Source: Geotalea daltonii FRC-32
Lineage (GTDB): Bacteria > Desulfobacterota > Desulfuromonadia > Geobacterales > Geobacteraceae
Length of the DNA: 32,000 nucleotides
Direction: 5' to 3'
NCBI RefSeq assembly: GCF_000022265.1
Contig: NC_011979.1
Coordinates: 1,500,001-1,532,000, forward strand
The number at the start of each line of letters is the position of its first letter. Position 1 is the first letter of the stretch. The position numbers were made by a program, and so were the translations under genes. Positions 1 through 6,188 of the stretch are shown in pieces. The notes below the pieces were generated by a model that was not told the DNA's origin, did no database searches, and saw only the letters and a program-made list of their open reading frames with translations.

Positions 1-78
1 GATAATTGGGAAAATCAAGCGGAGCTGAAAGGCTTTTCTGAACGATAAACCATTGAGATAAACGCTGTTTTTTACTTG

Positions 79-107
79 TTGCAACTCTCTGTTGCGTGTG
101 GTAGTTT
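79..107 (+). promoter_or_regulatory. Candidate sigma-70 promoter for the first small gene
   Basis: TTGCAA (79-84), 17-nt spacer, TAGTTT (102-107), about 35 nt upstream of ATG 143. By-eye match only. Confidence 0.25.
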
Positions 108-142
108 GACAACTTGTACGTCATTTGGCGGAGAGCGAAAAA

Positions 143-523
143 ATGGTAGGCGGCTTCAACCATAACATCAAATACAAAGGGGAGATTTTCCATGTCCAGA
201 CCGAGGACAGCGGCATAGCCAACCCCCACATCATTACCCTCCTTTACCGGGGCGGCACTATTCTCGCCTCAATCAAGACCAGCTACGCAGATATCATCAA
301 GGTGGACAACCTGGAACAGGTGGTTGAAGACCTGATGAAGGAGCAGCACAAGGACATGATGCGCCGGCTGAAGTCGGCCGAGTTCGACCAGCGCATCTTC
401 AATAAATCTCCGGATAATGCCGCTCCTGCCCCAGTGCCTGAAAAAAAACCGGCTGCCAATGGGGCTGGCACACAAAGTCTTGATGAAATCATCCTTGATT
501 ATCTCATTACCGACGATGACTAG
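143..523 (+). CDS. Conserved hypothetical protein (family not recognised)
   Basis: The ORF-track frame 125..523 opens on TTG. The in-frame ATG at 143 is preceded by GGAGAG (129-134) at good spacing, so it is taken as the start. N-terminal region GGFNHNIKYKGEIFHVQTEDSG, a Pro/Ala-rich linker and an acidic C-terminus. No catalytic motif recognised. Confidence 0.6.
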   Translation: MVGGFNHNIKYKGEIFHVQTEDSGIANPHIITLLYRGGTILASIKTSYADIIKVDNLEQVVEDLMKEQHKDMMRRLKSAEFDQRIFNKSPDNAAPAPVPEKKPAANGAGTQSLDEIILDYLITDDD

Positions 524-550
524 CCAATTACCTGAAAGGAAGAGCTTTAC

Positions 551-1378
551 GTGAACGATCGCAAAACACAACTGGAAGAACAGGCCAGGCAACTCCGCAT
601 TTCCATTGTCAGGGCACTGCACAGATCCCAATCCGGCCACACCGGCGGATCCCTGTCAGCCATCGACATGGTCACAGCCCTTTATTTTTACAAGATGCGC
701 CACAATCCCGCCGAGCCGACCTGGCAGGGGAGGGACCGTTTCGTCCTCAGCAAGGGGCATGCTGCTCCTGCCCTCTATGCGGCGCTTTCCGAAGCGGGGT
801 ATTTCCCGAAAGAGGATATGATGACGCTGCGCCGCCTTGGCAGCCACCTGCAGGGGCACCCGGACAGCAAGGGGACTCCCGGAGTGGACGTGTGCACCGG
901 TTCCCTGGGACAGGGCTTGTCAATGGCTAACGGTATGGCCCTTGGCCTTAAAGCCGATGGCAAGGACAACAGGGTCTATGCCATCCTCGGCGACGGTGAA
1001 TTGCAGGAGGGGCAGGTATGGGAAGCGGCAATGGCTGCGGCCCATTACAAGCTGGACAACCTCTGTGCCATGGTCGACGCCAATAACCTGCAGATCGACG
1101 GCGAGGTGAGCCGGGTGATGAACGTTGCCCCGATCACCGACAAATTTCGGGCTTTCGGCTGGCATGTGCTCGATATCGACGGCCATGACATGGGGGCAAT
1201 CATGGAGGCCCTCGATGCTGCCGAAACGGTCAAGGGACAGCCGACGGTAATTGTTGCCCGCACGGTAAAAGGAAAAGGGGTGTCCTTTTTCGAAAACAAG
1301 GCTTCCTATCATGGCGTTCCTCCCAGTGACGAAGAACTGCCGCGGGCGCTGGAATGTCTTGGCAGCTTCTGCGAATAA
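551..1378 (+). CDS. Transketolase, N-terminal (TPP-binding) subunit of a split transketolase
   Basis: GTG start with GAAAGGAAG upstream. Motifs GHTGGSLS, SKGHAAPALYA, the GDGELQEG thiamine-diphosphate loop, and length (275 aa) are typical of the N-terminal subunit of two-gene transketolases. Confidence 0.9.
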   Translation: MNDRKTQLEEQARQLRISIVRALHRSQSGHTGGSLSAIDMVTALYFYKMRHNPAEPTWQGRDRFVLSKGHAAPALYAALSEAGYFPKEDMMTLRRLGSHLQGHPDSKGTPGVDVCTGSLGQGLSMANGMALGLKADGKDNRVYAILGDGELQEGQVWEAAMAAAHYKLDNLCAMVDANNLQIDGEVSRVMNVAPITDKFRAFGWHVLDIDGHDMGAIMEALDAAETVKGQPTVIVARTVKGKGVSFFENKASYHGVPPSDEELPRALECLGSFCE

Positions 1379-1415
1379 AGCTTGGATCATAAAAATAGAT
1401 GAGGGGATTTTGCAT

Positions 1416-2354
1416 ATGAGTAAGATGATTGCCACCAGGGATGCATACGGTGAGGTTCTTGCGGAACTGGGCGAGGAAAATAAAGATATAGTTGCCCTGG
1501 ATGCTGATCTTTCCGGTTCGACAAAAACCGGGGTGTTTGCCAAGAAGTTTCCGGAGCGATTCTTCAATATGGGCATTGCCGAAGCGAACATGGTCGGAAC
1601 GGCAGCAGGCCTGGCTGCGGTGGGAAAAATTCCATTTCTTTCCACCTTTGCCATCTTTGCTGCCGGTCGTGGCTGGGAGCAGATTCGCCAGTCAGCCGCT
1701 TATCCGAAGGCCAATGTCAAGGTCGTTGCCACCCACGGCGGCGTTACGGTTGGTGAGGACGGCGGATCCCATCAGTCCATCGAGGACATCGCCATCATGC
1801 GTGCCATTCCCAATATGACAGTGGTAGTCCCTGCCGACGGAGTTGAGACCAAAGGGGCAATCCGGGCGGCAGCCGCTGCCAAAGGGCCTTTCTACATCAG
1901 GCTCGGCCGCAACAAGGTTCAGACCATTTTCCCTGAAGACCATGTTTTCCAGATCGGCAAAGGGAGTGAACTTGCCTCGGGCAGCGACATGACCTTCATC
2001 ACGACCGGCCTCATGACCGCCCAGGCGCTGGCCGCTGCTGAACAGCTGAAGAAAGAGGGAGTCTCCGCCCGTGTCGTCCACATTGGCACCGTAAAGCCAC
2101 TTGACCGGGAGATCGTTATCAAGGCTGCCCGGGAAACCGGTGCCATTGTCACCGCCGAAGAGCACTCCATCATCGGCGGACTGGGGGGAGCCGTTGCCGA
2201 ACTGCTGGCGGAGACCTGCCCGACACCGGTGAAGCGGGTAGGCATCAATGACCGTTTCGGCACCTCCGGCAAGGCGGAAGAACTGCTCAAATACTTCGGC
2301 CTTATGCCCGAAGATCTTGTGGAAGCAGCAAAGGAAGTACTCGCGAGGAAATAA
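1416..2354 (+). CDS. Transketolase, C-terminal (pyrimidine-binding plus C-terminal domain) subunit
   Basis: The ORF-track frame starts at 1311 inside the upstream gene. ATG 1416 is preceded by GAGGGG (1401-1406) and gives MSKMIATRDAYGE... Motifs FPERFFNMGIAEANMVGTAAGLA and THGGVTVGEDGGSHQ are typical of this subunit. Confidence 0.9.
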   Translation: MSKMIATRDAYGEVLAELGEENKDIVALDADLSGSTKTGVFAKKFPERFFNMGIAEANMVGTAAGLAAVGKIPFLSTFAIFAAGRGWEQIRQSAAYPKANVKVVATHGGVTVGEDGGSHQSIEDIAIMRAIPNMTVVVPADGVETKGAIRAAAAAKGPFYIRLGRNKVQTIFPEDHVFQIGKGSELASGSDMTFITTGLMTAQALAAAEQLKKEGVSARVVHIGTVKPLDREIVIKAARETGAIVTAEEHSIIGGLGGAVAELLAETCPTPVKRVGINDRFGTSGKAEELLKYFGLMPEDLVEAAKEVLARK

Positions 2355-2899
2355 TGTTCCTGCACCCGCTCAAATCTTCTGCCGGATTCACCTACCTTGC
2401 CGCCCTGATGATCGTCATCATCATGGGCATCATGCTGGGGGTGGCGGGGCAGTCGTGGAAGATGATCATGGACCGGGAGCGGGAAGCGGAGCTTTTGTGG
2501 GTGGGGACGCAATATCGGGAAGCCATGCTGCACTGGCGCAATTTTCGTCACGGCGAGGGGGCAATGCCCTTGGGTGATATCAAGCATCTAGCACAAGATC
2601 CTCGATCTCTACAGAATGTTAAGCATCTGCGCAAACTTTACCCTGATCCTATTACCGGAAAAGAGTGGAAAATAATAAAGGATCCCCAAAAGGGTATTCT
2701 TGGGATCGCCAGTTCCAGTGATAAGGAACCCATTAAGCAGGCTAATTTCCCTGCAGATTACACCCAGTTCGAAGGGAAAAAGAAATACAGTGAATGGGAG
2801 TTCCGGTGGGATGTCATCCCGCCTAAAAAGGCTGCAACAACGACTATCAGCGGCTTACAGACCTCCACATCACCGGTAAAAACATCACCAGGACCTTGA
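2354..2899 (+). CDS. Prepilin-type N-terminal domain protein (pseudopilin-like, GspG-like fold suspected)
   Basis: The N-terminus KSSAG/FTYLAALMIVIIMGIMLGV resembles a class III (prepilin peptidase) signal followed by a hydrophobic helix. Downstream, REAELLWVGTQYREAM and DPITGKEW resemble GspG-like pseudopilin motifs. ATG 2354 overlaps the transketolase stop codon (TAATG). Confidence 0.55.
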   Translation: MFLHPLKSSAGFTYLAALMIVIIMGIMLGVAGQSWKMIMDREREAELLWVGTQYREAMLHWRNFRHGEGAMPLGDIKHLAQDPRSLQNVKHLRKLYPDPITGKEWKIIKDPQKGILGIASSSDKEPIKQANFPADYTQFEGKKKYSEWEFRWDVIPPKKAATTTISGLQTSTSPVKTSPGP

Positions 2900-2933
2900 T
2901 AAACTTTCCTGCCATTGCTTCACAGGAGTCTGA

Positions 2934-4439
2934 TTGATCTTTAAGAGCCTCACCACACGGGTAATAGTCATCTCCATCCTGCTGCTCGTCTTCGGCATCA
3001 GCACCTTTGCCTTCGTCACCCTGCGCCGTGAGCAGATGCAGCTGATCAATGCCGCCCGGGAAAGCAGCGAGCTTCTGCTCAACACCATAGAGCGCAGTAC
3101 CTACAATTCCATGCGCATCGGCAACACGGAAGATGTGCAGACCATCCTAGAGCTTGTAGGGCAGAACCAGAAACTGCTCTCCGTCCGCATATTTCATCCC
3201 CACGGCGTTGTCCTCAAATCCTCCCGGCCCAGCGAGGTCGGCAAGCCTGTTGACGACCGGGACTACCAGCTGTTCATCAACAACAGGAAAGACGGCGTTT
3301 TTTATCTGGAGGGTCACGGGGAAGTCCTGGGCATGTTGAAGCCCATCTATAACGATGAACCGTGCCACGTCTGCCATGGCCACAAGAGCCGGATCATCGG
3401 CCTGCTGAATGTCAATTATTCGCTTGTCGAGACCAGAAAGCGGATCATGGATGCCTCCAAGCTCTTTGTTTTTTCCACCATTGCCATCATATCCTTCCTC
3501 TCCCTTGCAATCTCCATGGTTATGGTGAAATTCGTCAAGAAGCCCCTCCATCTCCTGGCGGAAAACATGGCCAGGGTTGAGCAGGGTGATTTGTCGGTGC
3601 GGATGAAGCCCGATGGCAAGGATGAGATCGGCCGTCTCATAGTCAGTTTCGATTCCATGGTGGACCGACTCGATACTGCCAAGCAGGAGCTGGATCAATA
3701 TCATTTCCAGCAGATGGAGAGGGCAGACCGACTGGCTTCCGTCGGCGAAATGGCTGCAGGCATTGCCCACGAGATAAAAAACCCACTGACCGGCATTGCA
3801 GCAGCCATAACCATAATAAAAGAGGACTTCGCTCCCTCCGACTCACGCACCACCATTGTCGATGAGGTACTGGAGCAGATCAAGAGGCTCGACAAGACGG
3901 TTAACGACCTGTTGTTTTTCGGCAAGCCGGCGCAACCGGAGCCCGCCTTTACCGATATAAATTCAACCATACGGAAAACCCTCAAGTTCGCTTCCCAGCA
4001 TCGGGGAAGCAAAAATATCGAGAAAAAGCTGGAACTTCAGGAAGATCTGCCACCGGTGTATGTGGACCCGAAACAGATCCAGCAGGTTTTGCTCAACCTG
4101 ATTCTCAATGCCATGCAGGCAATGCATGACGGCGGAACACTGACCATAAGAAGTGCATTCGAGAAAAAAGAGCAGGACTGGGTTCTTATCATGGTCAAGG
4201 ATACCGGACAGGGGATTCCTGCCCAGATCCTGGAGAAGATCTTTACGCCGTTTTTTACGACAAAGGCACAGGGGACCGGCCTTGGTCTGGCCATCTGCCA
4301 TAAGCTCGTGTCGCAGCACAATGGAACCTTGACTGTTTCCAGCGAGGATGGCAAAGGAACCGAATTCATCGTAAGTTTACCGGCCCTCAGTCTGCAGTTT
4401 CCTGAAAATCAGGCTTTGGAGACCGCTGCAGCAATATAG
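2934..4439 (+). CDS. Sensor histidine kinase (2 TM, periplasmic loop with CxxCH, HAMP, HisKA, HATPase_c)
   Basis: TTG start 5 nt after AGGAG (2924-2928). TM1 at about aa 10-30 and TM2 at about aa 178-200. HAMP-like segment after TM2, H-box AHEIKNPL, N-box LNLILNAMQA, G1 DTGQGI, F-box FTPFFTTK, G2 GTGLGLAI. CHVCH at aa 144-148 lies in the periplasmic loop. Confidence 0.9.
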   Translation: MIFKSLTTRVIVISILLLVFGISTFAFVTLRREQMQLINAARESSELLLNTIERSTYNSMRIGNTEDVQTILELVGQNQKLLSVRIFHPHGVVLKSSRPSEVGKPVDDRDYQLFINNRKDGVFYLEGHGEVLGMLKPIYNDEPCHVCHGHKSRIIGLLNVNYSLVETRKRIMDASKLFVFSTIAIISFLSLAISMVMVKFVKKPLHLLAENMARVEQGDLSVRMKPDGKDEIGRLIVSFDSMVDRLDTAKQELDQYHFQQMERADRLASVGEMAAGIAHEIKNPLTGIAAAITIIKEDFAPSDSRTTIVDEVLEQIKRLDKTVNDLLFFGKPAQPEPAFTDINSTIRKTLKFASQHRGSKNIEKKLELQEDLPPVYVDPKQIQQVLLNLILNAMQAMHDGGTLTIRSAFEKKEQDWVLIMVKDTGQGIPAQILEKIFTPFFTTKAQGTGLGLAICHKLVSQHNGTLTVSSEDGKGTEFIVSLPALSLQFPENQALETAAAI

Positions 4440-4496
4440 CCATACAATTAGATCCAGTCGCTGCTTTTTTACTACTTCTGGAAAAGGGGAATTGCC

Positions 4497-5867
4497 TTGA
4501 GAAAGACAAGAATACTGGTGGTTGATGATGAGCACTTGATCCGTTGGTCACTGGAACAGAATCTGAAAAAGCAGGGTTATGAAGTCTTTACCGCCGGCAA
4601 TGGTGAAGATGCTCTTCGTCTGGTGCGTGAGGAGCAACCTGAGCTGGTACTGCTTGATATTCAACTGCCCGGCATTGGCGGACTTGAGGTTCTGGAAAAG
4701 GTCAAGGAATTCGATGACGAGATAGTAGTCATCATGCTCACGGCCCATGGCGGTCTGGAAACAGCCGTAAACACCATGCGTATGGGCGCCTACGATTATA
4801 TCAACAAGCCCTTTAACCTGGATGAGCTCTCCATTGTCATAAAGAAGGCGCTGGAAACTTCCGATCTGCGTCGCGAAGTAGTTCAGTTGAGAAGTGAGCA
4901 CAAAAAGCTGGGTCCCCCAAAGATTATCGGTACCAGCAAGCATATGAAAAATGTTTTGGACATGATGGGCAAGGTTGCCAAGAGTGAAGCATCCACCGTC
5001 CTCATTCAGGGTGAATCGGGTACCGGCAAGGAGCTGGTCGCAAAATGGATCCATTATCAGTCCAGCCGTGCAGAAAAACCCTTTGTCGCTATAAATTGTG
5101 CGGCCGTCCCGGCAACCCTTCTGGAGAGTGAGCTTTTCGGCCATGAAAAGGGGGCCTTTACCGATGCCAAAACCGCAAAAAAAGGGCTGTTTGAACTTGC
5201 CGATGGAGGGACCGTATTTCTCGATGAGATCGGCGATATGGAGATGGGGATGCAGGCAAAGCTCCTCAGATTCCTTGAGGACAGAACCTTCAGGCGCATC
5301 GGTGGCGCCAAGGTTATATCTGTCGATGTGCGGATTATTTCAGCGACCAACAAGGAGCTACTCAAGGCCATCGAAGAGAAGTCTTTCCGCAACGACCTCT
5401 ACTACCGGTTGCAAGTGATCCCTATTTTCCTTCCTGCTTTGAGGGAGAGGAGGGACGATATCATCCAACTTGCCAATTTCTTCATGGAATCCTTCGGCAG
5501 GGAATTCAACAAGTCGGTAAAATCCATCTCAAGCATGGCTGAAAAGATGCTCATTGATTATAGCTGGCCAGGCAATATCAGAGAACTTAAAAATGTTATT
5601 GAACGGGCTATCATCCTTGGGACCGAGGACACCCTGCTCATCGAAAATCTGCCGCTTGAGATAATTGCGAAAAGTTCCGCATCCACAGTGCCAGTTTCTA
5701 CGTTCAAACTGCCACCAGAAGGGGTTGATATCGAAGAGGTAGAAAAAGAACTCATAAGGCAATCGCTGGAGATAACCGATTGGAATCAATCAAAGGCCGC
5801 CAAAAAACTTAACCTGGGCATAGATGCTTTCAGGTACCGCATGAAGAAATTTGGTTTTTTAAAATAA
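4497..5867 (+). CDS. Sigma-54-dependent response regulator (REC, AAA+ sigma-54 interaction domain, Fis-type HTH; NtrC family)
   Basis: TTG start after AAGGGGA. REC domain with VVDDE and LLDIQLPG (phospho-Asp). Walker A GESGTGKE, ESELFGHEKGAFTDA (GAFTGA-loop variant), Walker B VFLDEIGD, RIISATN. C-terminal HTH is NQSKAAKKLNLGIDAFRYRMKK. Confidence 0.92.
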   Translation: MRKTRILVVDDEHLIRWSLEQNLKKQGYEVFTAGNGEDALRLVREEQPELVLLDIQLPGIGGLEVLEKVKEFDDEIVVIMLTAHGGLETAVNTMRMGAYDYINKPFNLDELSIVIKKALETSDLRREVVQLRSEHKKLGPPKIIGTSKHMKNVLDMMGKVAKSEASTVLIQGESGTGKELVAKWIHYQSSRAEKPFVAINCAAVPATLLESELFGHEKGAFTDAKTAKKGLFELADGGTVFLDEIGDMEMGMQAKLLRFLEDRTFRRIGGAKVISVDVRIISATNKELLKAIEEKSFRNDLYYRLQVIPIFLPALRERRDDIIQLANFFMESFGREFNKSVKSISSMAEKMLIDYSWPGNIRELKNVIERAIILGTEDTLLIENLPLEIIAKSSASTVPVSTFKLPPEGVDIEEVEKELIRQSLEITDWNQSKAAKKLNLGIDAFRYRMKKFGFLK

Positions 5868-5958
5868 AATTTTCAACTCTGCCTATTTCCGTGAATTGTG
5901 ACAAACATAATAATAATGCCTCTTTACATTGAATTTCAGTTTTTGTTCCCTCCCCAAT

Positions 5959-5986
5959 GGGGCTTTGCTTCACAAAGAAAAGCCCC
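5959..5986 (+). promoter_or_regulatory. Inverted repeat, candidate upstream activator site (or RNA hairpin)
   Basis: GGGGCTTT (5959-5966) and AAAGCCCC (5979-5986) are exact reverse complements separated by 12 nt. The repeat lies about 105-130 bp upstream of the -24/-12 element at 6090-6105, the usual distance for enhancer-binding-protein sites. No T-run follows, so it is a poor terminator. Confidence 0.3.
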
Positions 5987-6089
5987 ACACATAACTATCT
6001 AAATCCTCAAGATATTTTTCTTTAAGTCTCTCAAGGGTCATGTCTGCACCACCGACTATTTAATCGGAAGATAAAATAATCATTGATGC

Positions 6090-6105
6090 GGGCATCGAAG
6101 TTGCA
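6090..6105 (+). promoter_or_regulatory. Sigma-54 (-24/-12) promoter for the NHL/cytochrome unit
   Basis: GGGCATCGAAGTTGCA compared with consensus TGGCACGNNNNTTGCW: GG at 6091-6092 and GC at 6103-6104 with exact consensus spacing, and TTGCA is perfect. Located 84 nt upstream of ATG 6189. Confidence 0.55.
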
Positions 6106-6188
6106 TTAATAGCAGCCTAGTAACCCTGCAATCAGACTAGATTCTTAATTTATATTAGAATATCTCCAATAATTACGGAGGCTTTCAG

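Noticed and set aside
1-48. Open frame running into the window and ending at TAA 46-48, a possible 3' end of an upstream gene
   Set aside because: Only 15 codons are visible, which is too short to support any call.
551-2354. Transketolase split into two ORFs, which could suggest a frameshifted pseudogene
   Set aside because: The split falls at the usual boundary. Each part has its own RBS and start and a clean stop, with a 37-nt gap. Two-subunit transketolases are a well-known arrangement.
920-2587. Long antisense ORFs 920..1654 (244 aa) and 1919..2587 (222 aa)
   Set aside because: They fully overlap the well-supported transketolase genes on the opposite strand. Their products are low-complexity with no recognisable motifs.
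3147-5392. Antisense ORFs within the kinase and regulator genes (3147..3770, 4548..5144, 5057..5392)
   Set aside because: They overlap strongly supported plus-strand genes and have no RBS or motifs. Such ORFs are typical in sequence of moderate to high GC content.
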